Of a stretch of 32,984 nucleotides of DNA, positions 11,255 to 21,034 are shown piece by piece. The translations under genes were made by a program, and so were the position numbers. Positions within the stretch are counted from its first letter, which is position 1. Each line of letters opens with the position of its first letter. Below the pieces are notes generated by a model. It had not been told where the DNA came from. It searched no databases and saw nothing but the letters and a program-made list of their open reading frames with translations. Source of the stretch: Octopus bimaculoides (Eukaryota); contig NC_068984.1 of assembly GCF_001194135.2 (NCBI RefSeq), positions 107,445,249 through 107,478,232 of the forward strand. Reading direction: 5' to 3'.

Positions 11255-11651
11255 AATCTATGCTCATGCAGGGACCGTTCGAAATGTCCACTGGATAACT
11301 AATCCAAGACTCGAAATATTGTGTATAGTGCACCATAAAGACTAGAGGAGGTCTCTGTGTATATATCGGTGCATCGGCTGATATTTTCAAAACTAGATAT
11401 AGAAACCACATCGTCAGCTTTCGAAAAATCCTTAAGCGGCACGCAACATCATCGTCTGGTGATTTAATGAAGAGAAGGTAAAATCCGACTTGATTTAGTC
11501 AATAATTAGACACACGGGTCCCTATAACACACTATGTCCGAAATGCAAGCTATATTCCGAGGAATCGCTGTCAATATTACTGACAAAAGAGTGGATTATA
11601 AATAGATTTGCTAAGCAACTGCCTAGATGCATGCATACAGCTAAACAATAG
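11255..11651 (+). mobile_element. Penelope-like element GIY-YIG endonuclease remnant
   Basis: Manual translation with frameshifts and stops: CSCRDRSKCPLDN*..RNIVY / CTIKT...VYIGASADIFKTRYRNHIVSF / *SIIRHTGPY....KCKL..EESL.I....IIN......PRCMH, the typical PLE C-terminal layout. Confidence 0.8.
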
Positions 11652-12224
11652 TTCACACAGTACAATGCAAGCCACATCTAACCGATACAAACCATAACCC
11701 CGACAACTCGGATTAACCCTCACTGATCCTGAGTGAAAACCTCATGAACTGTAACCATGGAGCCTATACTAAGAAAGGACCAGATGAGAACACTACATGT
11801 ATTTAGGTACGTTTGTATAGGACACTTGCAGAACGCAACAGAAACTAGAGTATAGGTTTTTCAAAAACACTTAATTGACTGATTAACTAAAACGACAAAC
11901 AATTTGCTTCATTGTGTTGATTATGTTAAGACACAGCTATATTTATGTTCCTACATGATACCTTTGGAACAAAACCGTGAGTCACTAATATAAGCAAACT
12001 AAAAGGTACTAGAGAATATCCTATAAACTGACGTAACAGATAAATCTAGAGAGGCAAAAATATGCCTTTCTATATCTTTACACCTGTGTGCAGATCTTGA
12101 TGTTCATATATGTTCAGATCTGTAACCTTACAATGCAGCTGTGCATTAATCATAACATAAGCCAGCAGTTAGTTACTGCTTGGAAAACTAACGAGGCAAT
12201 AGAGATCCATAGATCTTATCGGGA

Positions 12225-12665
12225 TGCAGAAATTTGCATGTGTATGTGTGCGCGTGTAGATATACGTATACATGTGTATATGAGGGGGGAGGGTGCAACG
12301 GAGTACATGTGCGTGTATGCGTCCGCGCATGTTTCTGCATGTATGTGGGTCGCACATGCATGTGTGTGTGTACATATATATGTATGTGTGTGTGTGTACA
12401 TATATATGTATGTGTGTGTGTACATACATATGTATGTGTGTGTGCACATATATATACGTATATATATGCGTGTATATATATATATGTGTATGTGTATATA
12501 TATATGTGTGTGTGTGTATATGGGTATATGCGTATACCTGTGAGTGTGTGTGTATAAATATGCGTATGCATGTAGGTGCATACGTGTATGTATATGTATG
12601 TGTAAATACATACATATGGATATGTGTATGTACATGCGTAAGTGTATGTGTGAGTGTATGTATGC
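12225..12665. repeat. Long complex TA/TG/CA microsatellite with ~22-26-bp higher-order units
   Basis: Repeated TGTGTGTGTACATATATATGTA-like units at 12361-12450. It is the source of several spurious ORFs. Confidence 0.9.
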
Positions 12666-13554
12666 AATTGTGTAGGTATATATAGGCGTAGGGGTGTGTG
12701 ATTCACCCTCAGTGATATAGATGTGAAGCGAGACTGTCTGCGAGCTGCCCTAGTCTTGAGGTGACTGTGATGACAGCTTTCTGGTAAGGTTGTCTTCCAA
12801 CCATAAATTGTACGAACTACGGCCAAATTGATCATACGGGTGGGTGGGCCAACGTCCCTTGTGTGAGTGTATGTACGAGCGGGCGTGTGTGCGACCGAGT
12901 GTATACGCATCCCGACCTAATCTACCTAAACAACCTTTTCGCCCCCTAGACATTCTAGCCTACTTATTTATCTTGCCCTTCCTTTTTCTAGTATCGTTCC
13001 TTTGTCTTAAACCCAATGTAACTCAAGTCCATCCATTCACTTACCCTACAAGATTTTTTTTTTATCATCAGTTATTTGTCTATATTTATTAATGTTTGCA
13101 ACTCTTATTATAGGAAGATGATAGTAATTGAAAATTGTAGCAATGTTTTATTCCCTAACCAGACGGGCATATAACTACTTGACAGCCAAAACTCAGGATC
13201 TTTAGCAAGACACAACTTTATGTATGGATGCATTTCACGAGACCCAGACGGCAAAATATCTGGAACACAGCATGTTGAACGGAGTCCCACCTATAAGGTA
13301 TAGTAACAAGATGGGTCGAAACGACCGTTGTACAAAATAAAGGTTAATGCCAAATCCATCTTCTGGTTACTTAAGAAATTATTATTACTATCGCAACTAA
13401 AAGTGTGGAGTTACTGAAGTAGATCCAACGGAAATATACCCCGACTGCGAATGACACCAGGTAGCCCAAACTGTGCCAGTGCTCTTCTCAACACTTCAAC
13501 ACACTAATCGACATATACCCGTTAGTCCAAAATATTATTTATATATATATATAC

Positions 13555-13765
13555 ACTCTTTTACTCTCTTTTACTTATTTCAGTCATTTGACTGCGGCCA
13601 TGCTGGAGCACCGACTTTAGTCGAGCAAATCGACCCCAGGACTTATTCTTCGTAAGCTTAGTACTTCTTCTATCGGTCTCTTTGCCGAACCGCTAAGTTA
13701 CGGGGACATAAACACACCAGCATCGGTTGTCAAGCGCTGTTGGGGGGACAAACACAGACACACAA

Positions 13766-13790
<25 letters not shown>
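13555..13790 (-). mobile_element. SINE family A, 3' half only (ends at the internal (CA)n)
   Basis: Near-identical to the reverse complement of 3365-3560 and to 20639-20840; no tRNA head beyond the CA run. Confidence 0.85.
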
Positions 13791-13801
<11 letters not shown>

Positions 13802-14120
13802 GTATGAGTGTGTATGTATGTACATAGATTATTCAACTTAGATAATTATAATGTAATGATATATGAGTTATGATCAATCAGTTTTACAAAGAGAGCCCTA
13901 TCCTATGAAACGCGTGAAGTGTGTGTATGTGTGTGTGTGTATGTGTGTGTGTGTGTATGTGTGTGTGTGTGTGTATGAATGCGTGTGCAGTGGTTTATGA
14001 ATAGTTTTAGATACCCACCGATTTTTTGTTTTATTTTTCGAATTAAATATGACTCCTCTTTTTGGCATGTATAGATATATGAATATCTATTTCAAAGCGT
14101 CAGACAAATCAAAGTATTAC

Positions 14121-14156
14121 AAATTTGAAATCAAATTTGAAATCAAATTTGAAATC
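14121..14156. repeat. Exact 12-bp tandem repeat x3 (AAATTTGAAATC)
   Basis: Direct reading. Confidence 0.95.
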
Positions 14157-14169
14157 TATAAAACAAGTC

Positions 14170-14393
14170 TCTCAAAGATCCTACGTTTTATTCTGGAAAA
14201 CACATGGGAGAACAACTTGTTAGAAAGTTTCTGCTCTAGATTCTTGTAAACTAGATGAAGTATGGAGCAGAAAGAAGCATTGACCAACATGTGAATAAAC
14301 ACGGATAGGACCATCTCTAATGATTTAATCAAATCCATGCCAAATCGGGTGAAAGATGTAAAATTAACTGAAACAGGTCTGTACAAGCGTAGA
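14170..14393 (+). mobile_element. Tc1-like transposase C-terminal remnant
   Basis: LENTWE (cf. IENLW) and EQKEAL.NM*.......NDLIKSMPNRVKDV.....LYK (cf. LI.SMP.R...V....G..TKY). Confidence 0.55.
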
Positions 14394-14485
14394 TACAAAA
14401 TTTCATTGACTTTGAAATAATTATTCAAGAAGTTATTACAAGTTATGCTTACGTTGCATTTTATTACTCTGCTAGAAAGTTACTG

Positions 14486-14537
14486 CATGCCACTACATAC
14501 ATACGTACATACATACATACATGTATACATACATACA

Positions 14538-14570
<33 letters not shown>

Positions 14571-14673
14571 GCATACATACATACAATAGGCAGGCATAAA
14601 TACATATATGCATATAGACAGATAGATATACATCTATAAATACATTCACGCCCATATACATACATACATATAT
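14486..14673. repeat. (CATA)n-rich microsatellite
   Basis: Direct reading. Confidence 0.9.
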
Positions 14674-14719
14674 GTTATGATCGGCCATTATTATGATTGA
14701 CCGTTGACTGAACACTATT

Positions 14720-14885
14720 CAATTTTTTTTCTCCGTGTTTTTCTCCTTGTCTCCGTATTCTTTCTGTTGAAGAGCGTAGCTCGAAACGTCAAAGACTTTC
14801 CGTATTCCCGAGCGTCATACTAATATATACTTTTGTTATTTACACCACCTGTCCTCGTCTGTTGTTATTATTTGTATATTCTCCC

Positions 14886-14886
<1 letters not shown>
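14720..14886 (+). mobile_element. Penelope-like terminal-repeat-type interspersed repeat carrying a hammerhead-like motif
   Basis: Contains GAAGAG-CGTAG-CTC-GAAACGTC; followed by (TA)n(TG)n. The family assignment is inference. Confidence 0.5.
14759..14795 (+). ncRNA. Minimal type-I hammerhead-like motif with a 3-nt insertion in the core
   Basis: TCTTT-C[TGT]TGAAGA-G-CGTAGCT-C-GAA-ACGT-C|AAAGA: 5-bp helix I, 1-bp helix II, palindromic ACGU helix III, GUC cleavage triplet. Confidence 0.5.
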
Positions 14887-14950
<64 letters not shown>

Positions 14951-15289
14951 TGTGGTGTATACATACATATAAACATGCTTAAACATACACACATGCATAT
15001 ATATATTCATACGTATAAACATACACGTATAAATATATGTATGTATGTTTGTATGTATGCTATGAATAATATCGTTTTATTTCTAGATTTCTCGGGAAAG
15101 GAGTAAGAGCTGGTTTCTAAGCTGGATCTAAGGCTCTTTCATTGGGATTTCAACATCAACAGGGTAGTTGTACATGAACGTGTATTTACGTCCAAATATT
15201 TAGCGTCAGTGTGTTTACAGCTCTGTATAGTTTGTTTTATGTTTATATACTGATTTTGCATCTCTACACATCTGCATATATACGTATAT

Positions 15290-15575
15290 GCTAAACCTTT
15301 GAAAAACTTTACATACGTTGATGACTTGTTTCTAATTAGCTTTCTCGTTTTTAGTTTCGAGAATCCCAACTTCTCAAGGTTGCTGCAGAGACATTGATTA
15401 TATATCTAAGTACCCCAATGATTACGGGTATAAATCTGAACTTGTAATCTGTGTGGTGTGTCTGAAGATGTCGCACTATTTCAGCAGGGATGTTTTCTTT
15501 TTTGCTATCTTTAGCTTTTGGCTACTGACTTTCACTACTGTACATAGTTTCTCTTCTCTGTTCCAAATCACTATG
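15290..15575 (-). mobile_element. Fourth RLE-type non-LTR retrotransposon 3' remnant
   Basis: IWNREEKLCTVVKVS..KLKIAKKENIPAEIVRHLQTHHTDYKFRFIPVIIGVLRY; after a frameshift KLGFSKLKTRKLIRNK. Confidence 0.75.
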
Positions 15576-15905
15576 TGTATAAGTTTGCACACGTGTGTAT
15601 GTGAATACAAGCACAATTGTGTGTGTGTGTATGAATGCTTATGCTTGTGTGTATGCTTGACTTACTTCAAATTTTTTTTTTTTAATTTTTATGCCCGTAT
15701 TATTTCATCATCGTTGAAGAAGGTGACTTTTCTTTTTACAAAGGTTTTATTTTAACCGAGGTTATACTTTTGAAAAATATCAATAGAATATATGCATGTA
15801 TGCGTATGTATGTGTGTGTGTGTGTGTGTTTGGGAATGTACGCCCCACCACATACACACACATATACATAGACTAAAACACATACGATCGAACGATAGAT
15901 AGATA

Positions 15906-16797
15906 CGAAGAGGTACCCAGAAGTGATCGGAAATGTTCTCTGTGCGACAAGCCCTTTGTAGTTCAGGCTTCCCCCGCTAAAAGCCACTTGATGCAACCCT
16001 CAGGCATCAGCCTGCCGATCGGTGTTGTTCAATGAAGTCGCACCGCGACGTGGTGCGTGTTTGTTTTGCAATGCTTCTCCCCTGTTCGTCGATTTTTGCG
16101 ATGGCTGAAACGAAGAAACTGCGTGCTTCCGTGAAATTTTGTTTTCTGCTGGGGAAAACGGCGGCCAACACAGATTTCATGCTTCAAACTGTTTACAAGG
16201 ACGCTACCATGAGCAAAACACAAGTTTACGAGTGGTTTCCACGTTTTAAGAACGGTCACTTGTCACTTGAAAACTAACTTCGTTCAGGACAACCGTCGAC
16301 TTCCCGTACGAATGAAAATATTATGAAAATTTATGAACTGGACTAGGAGGACTGTCACCGAACAATTGACGAACTTGTTGATATGACTGGTGTGTCCTGG
16401 AGCTCCTGCCAACGAATTTTGAACGAGGAATTGCGAATGAAAAGAGATGCAGCAAAACGTGTGCTTCGATGGCTCAAGGAAAATCAAAAGCAGTCACGAC
16501 TGAATACGTGTTGTGAACTGAAAGAACAGTTGGAAGTTGATCCAGACCTTTTTTCGAAGATCATCACTGGTGACAGAAGCTGGTGCTACAGAATTTGCAA
16601 ATGTGTAAGAGGTGAAGAGCAAAACGACGGAGGCGTTAAAAAACATCGCTTCGCAAGAATTCCAGCACTGCTTTGAATAGTGGAAAGCGCGCCTGGACCG
16701 ATGCATTGCTTCAAATGGAGAATACTTTGCAGGCGATGAAACTGTAAACATGTAAGATAATATTGCAAAATTCTTGTTTCTTTTGGGTACCCCCTCG
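15906..16797 (+). mobile_element. Internally deleted mariner transposon with both TIRs and TA target duplication
   Basis: TA-CGAAGAGGTACCCAGAAG at the left end and the reverse complement of CGAGGGGGTACCCAAAAG followed by TA at the right end. Decayed ORF from ATG 16101: KFCFLLGKTAA..MSKTQVYEWF.RFKNG..RSGQPSTS..ITGDRSWCY, joined directly to the C-terminus EFQHCFE*WK.RL.RCIASNGEYF. 892 bp. Confidence 0.93.
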
Positions 16798-16852
16798 TAG
16801 ATAGATAGATAGATAGATGCCCTAATGTCTCTCTCTCTCTCTCTCTCTCTCT

Positions 16853-16883
<31 letters not shown>

Positions 16884-17015
16884 TTCATTGTCCCTCTGCT
16901 TCTCTGTCCAGCCATATTGTGGAATCTTTCTTTCTCTTTCTTTTACTCTTCTTTATGATTGTTACACACTCCTGATTTTCTCTCTCTTTCTCTCTCTCTC
17001 TCTCACTCTCTCTCA
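16798..17015. repeat. (GATA)n then (CT)n-rich simple repeats
   Basis: Direct reading. Confidence 0.9.
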
Positions 17016-17088
17016 ACACACACCTCTTCCGGCAGTTCTCCTTAATTTACCTCCTTTCTATTCTCTTCACTCTTTTATCTCTTTCATT

Positions 17089-17687
17089 AATACTGGCCTC
17101 AAATTTTGGAAGAAGGCTAGTAATTTTAGGGTAGGAGATAAGTCGATTACATCGACCCCCGTACTCATCTGGTACTTATTTTATCGATCTCGAAAGGATG
17201 AAAGGCTAAGCCGGCTTTGGCGGAACTTGAACACAGACTTGCTAACGATTCTACCAGATCACAGCCTTATTTATGTCATTAATGTTCCTTTCAACTGTAT
17301 GCACAATGCCTGGAATTTGGGGGAAAGGGCTTAATCAATTACATCGGCCTCAGTGTTAAACTGGTATTTATTTTATCGACCCCAAAAGGATAAAGAAAGG
17401 AAAGTGGACCTCGCCGTAATTTGAACTCAAAGACGGGCGAAATGATAACGATTCTTATTTTTTATTGCCCGAAAGGGGCTAAACATAGAGGGAACAAACA
17501 AGGACAGACAAAGGTATTAACTCGATTACATCGAACCAGTGCTTAACTGGTACTTAATTTATCGACATTGAAAGGATGAATGGCAAAGTCGACCTCGGCG
17601 GAATTTGAACTCAGAGCGTAACGGCAGACGAAATACCGCTAAGCATTTCGCCCGGCGTGCTAACGTTTCTGCCAGCTCGCAGCCTTA
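17089..17687 (-). mobile_element. Three tandem/nested SINE family B copies (about 17089-17270, 17300-17455, 17457-17687)
   Basis: Each has GTCGATTACATCGA..CTGGTACTTATTTTATCGA..GAAAGGATGAAAGG..ATTTGAACTC. The last has a complete head (GCTAACGTTTCTGCCAGCTCGCAGCCTTA). Confidence 0.85.
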
Positions 17688-17708
17688 ATATTTTATTAAT
17701 GAAAGAAA

Positions 17709-17905
17709 TAGGACGGTGTTCTCGCAGAATTGATTGCACGCCGGACAAAAATGCTTAGCGGCATTTTGTCCGTGTTTACGTATTGAGTTCAAATTCTGCC
17801 GACGTCGATTTTTGCCTTTCATTCTTTCGTGGTCGATAAAATAAGTACCAGTTAAGCACTGGAATCGTTGTAATCGACTCATCCCTCCCCCGAAATTGCT
17901 GACTT
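17709..17905 (+). mobile_element. SINE family B copy, head-to-head with the preceding copy; runs into the gap
   Basis: GCACGCCGG..AAATGCTTAGCGG..GAGTTCAAATTC..GTCGATAAAATAAGTACCAGTT..AAATTGCTG. Confidence 0.85.
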
Positions 17906-18575
17906 NNNNNNNNNNNNNNNNNNNNNNNNNNNNNNNNNNNNNNNNNNNNNNNNNNNNNNNNNNNNNNNNNNNNNNNNNNNNNNNNNNNNNNNNNNNNNNN
18001 NNNNNNNNNNNNNNNNNNNNNNNNNNNNNNNNNNNNNNNNNNNNNNNNNNNNNNNNNNNNNNNNNNNNNNNNNNNNNNNNNNNNNNNNNNNNNNNNNNNN
18101 NNNNNNNNNNNNNNNNNNNNNNNNNNNNNNNNNNNNNNNNNNNNNNNNNNNNNNNNNNNNNNNNNNNNNNNNNNNNNNNNNNNNNNNNNNNNNNNNNNNN
18201 NNNNNNNNNNNNNNNNNNNNNNNNNNNNNNNNNNNNNNNNNNNNNNNNNNNNNNNNNNNNNNNNNNNNNNNNNNNNNNNNNNNNNNNNNNNNNNNNNNNN
18301 NNNNNNNNNNNNNNNNNNNNNNNNNNNNNNNNNNNNNNNNNNNNNNNNNNNNNNNNNNNNNNNNNNNNNNNNNNNNNNNNNNNNNNNNNNNNNNNNNNNN
18401 NNNNNNNNNNNNNNNNNNNNNNNNNNNNNNNNNNNNNNNNNNNNNNNNNNNNNNNNNNNNNNNNNNNNNNNNNNNNNNNNNNNNNNNNNNNNNNNNNNNN
18501 NNNNNNNNNNNNNNNNNNNNNNNNNNNNNNNNNNNNNNNNNNNNNNNNNNNNNNNNNNNNNNNNNNNNNNNNNNN
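17906..18575. other. Assembly gap (N run)
   Basis: 670 N. Confidence 1.
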
Positions 18576-18638
18576 TATATGTATATATATATATGTATAT
18601 ATATTCATCTGCCTACCCACCTATCTACCTATATATAT

Positions 18639-18691
<53 letters not shown>

Positions 18692-19020
18692 CATGTATGT
18701 ATCTAAGTAAAACACAAACCCTTAATCTAAAAATATATGACTAACATTATCAAGTTTCGCATACTTACATTTTATGAAAAAGCACGAAGCGTAAATGTTA
18801 ATAACCTGTGAGCTATCAAAACCATGAGATTGTTTTAACCTTCCACGTGTCACCTCATCTTCATATAAAACATACATGTAACACAAGTACAGCGGAGGAG
18901 TAATTTCTCTAGCGGTGGACGAAGAGCTGACAAAAATTAACGTTAACATGCATTGATGATGGTGAAATCATTTGTTAATGTCCATTCCGTTAAACTTGTG
19001 GTCAAATGCAAATTAATGTT

Positions 19021-19221
19021 GGTTTCAAATTTTGGTTCAAGGCTAGCAGTCTCGGAGGATTACATCGAATCTAGTACTCTAGTACTCATTTATCCCTCGA
19101 GGAGGAGGGATAAATGACTAACTCGACCTCGACAGAATATGAGCTCAGAACGCAAAAACGGGTGAAATTCCCCTAAGGATTTTGCCCGGCGTACTGACCA
19201 TTCGGCCAGTTCGTTGCCTTA
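19021..19221 (-). mobile_element. Degenerate SINE family B copy
   Basis: GGTTTCAAATTTTGG..AAGGCTAGCA tail, GATTACATCGA, AACTCGACCTCG, head ..CCAGTTCGTTGCCTTA. Confidence 0.75.
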
Positions 19222-19247
19222 ATGCGAATCCATATTAAAATACGAGG

Positions 19248-19682
19248 CAAGGCGGCGAGCTGGCAGAATCGTTAGCACGCCGGGCAAAATGCTTACCAGC
19301 ATTTTGTGCGGAGTTCAAATTCCGTTGAGGTTGACTTTGCCTTTCATACTTTCGAGATCAATCAAATAAATAGTACTTGAGCAGTGGGTTCAATTTAATT
19401 GACTTACCCTTTCACCCAAAATTGCTGACCTTGTGCCAAGATTTGAAATCAATATAAAAAGACGAGGTAAGGCGGTGAGCTGGCAGAGTCGTTACCGCAT
19501 CGAGCAAAATGCTTACTGGCATTTCGTCCGTCTTTACGTTCCGAGTTCAAATTACGCCGAGGTCGGCTTTATCTTTACCTCTCATCCTTTCGAGGTCGAT
19601 AAAATAAGCACTAGTTGAGCATTGGGGTCGATGAAATCGGCTAACCCTTCCCTTACTGGCCTTGTTCCAAAATTTGAACCTA
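19248..19682 (+). mobile_element. Two tandem SINE family B copies (19248-19451, 19468-19682)
   Basis: Both start AAGGCGG(C/T)GAGCTGGCAGA, have a GAGTTCAAATT B-box-like motif and end CCTTGT(G/T)CCAA(G/A)ATTTGAA. Confidence 0.85.
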
Positions 19683-19860
19683 ATGTTCAAAGAGAACGAA
19701 TCGACTGAAACCACAGGCACTAGTATAATACTCGAGTGCTTTACCAACGTAATACTTACTATTTCGCAAGACTGAGATGTTAGGTTAAAGTTTGTGTTGT
19801 ATATATTGAAAAATGTCTATTATATGATGACAATGTAAAAGAGAACAATAAGCAACCGTA

Positions 19861-19940
19861 ATTATTCAGTACTAGATTCTGTTTTTTTTATTACCCATGC
19901 GGGCTAACATAGAGGGCTAACATTATTCAGTACTAGATTC
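19861..19940 (-). mobile_element. 42-bp SINE-B tail insertion flanked by an exact 19-bp target-site duplication
   Basis: ATTATTCAGTACTAGATTC at 19861-19879 and 19922-19940. The insert TTTATTACCCATGCGGGCTAACATAGAGGG matches the SINE-B tail at 17460 and 27510. Confidence 0.8.
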
Positions 19941-19944
19941 GAGT

Positions 19945-20310
19945 GAATATCAGTCCGTACTTGAGTAGGTGCACCATCTTGTCTTTTGGATCTCTTCGAC
20001 CGGGTTCAAAAGCAAGTATCTAATTTGAGTGGTTCCTCCTTCGCTTCAACTATACAACCCTTGTCACATAGATGTAACGTCGCCAGTCTTAGTCTTTTCC
20101 ATCATTGTTGCCACAGGAAGTGCAGTGATAAACTTTCTTAATTTCAGATCACTTTGTGCCATAGCGCCTTCATCCAAATGCAATTGTGCTTCCACGCATT
20201 TTGTTCGAACTGTCCGACTGTGGAACTCTCTTCCATCTTATTGTTTTCCTCCTTCTTATGACCTGAACTCTTTCAAGTCTAAATTCATTTCTTTTCTCCT
20301 TCTTCATAGT
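19945..20310 (+). mobile_element. CR1/L2/Jockey-group LINE, 3' end of ORF2 (decayed)
   Basis: DLFDRVQKQVSNL.G......QPLSHRCNVASLSLF, then HFVRTVRLWNSLPSYCFPPSYDLNSFKS. Confidence 0.85.
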
Positions 20311-20419
20311 CCCAAACAAGGCGAGAAGCCTTGTTTGGGACTTACTCATGAAAAATAAGTACTGTCCCGAGTCCTAATATTGTGAGGTCGGTTACCGGGT
20401 TTCCATGGCATATAAGAAA

Positions 20420-20602
20420 CCGTGATCACAACATTCCCCCGCCCCCGATTAAAAAGCCAGTTCGTCTCATGATTACTCATTTACAGATGATTGCACTGCA
20501 ACTCTAGAAATGAAGGTTTTTGTTCAAAAATAGAACGCACTGCTCGATCCAGGGATTGAAATCAGGATCTTGTAGTAGTGAGTGCATTACCCTAACCACT
20601 AG
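20420..20602 (-). mobile_element. Degenerate tRNA-headed SINE, family D
   Basis: Minus strand TAGTGGTTAGGG (A-box-like)..GATTTCAATCCCTGG (B-box-like), then a short body. Confidence 0.5.
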
Positions 20603-20638
20603 ATCACCCTAACCACTTTCACATCAATTCAATGGAAT

Positions 20639-21034
20639 CTCTTTACTTGTTTCAGTCATTTGACTGCGGCCATGCTGGATCACCGCCTTTAGTCGGGCAA
20701 ATCGACCCCAGGACTTATTCTGTGTAAGCCTAGTACTTATTCTATCGGTTTCTTTTTGCCGAACCGTTAAGTTACGGGGACGTAAACACACCAACATCGG
20801 TTGTCAAGCGATGGTGGGGAGACAAACACAGACGCACAAGTACACATACATATATATATATACATATATACGACGGGCTTCTTTCAGTTTCCGTCTACCA
20901 AATCCACTCACAAGGCTTTGGTCGGCCCGAGGCTACAATAGAAGACACTTGCCCAAGGTGCCACGCGGTGGGACTGAACCCGGAACCATGTGGTTGGTAT
21001 GCAAGCCACTTACCCCACAGCCACTCCTGCGCCT
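20639..21034 (-). mobile_element. Full-length SINE family A, least diverged copy
   Basis: Reverse complement aligns end to end with 3105-3560; short internal TA/CA tract. Confidence 0.9.

Noticed and set aside
20641-20672. SINE-A 3' end resembles the right half of a hammerhead (minus strand AGTC-AAAT-GACT-GAAAC-AA-GUA)
   Set aside because: No CUGANGA or covariant core precedes the stem in any of the copies (it reads GGCCGC), so at most a relic.
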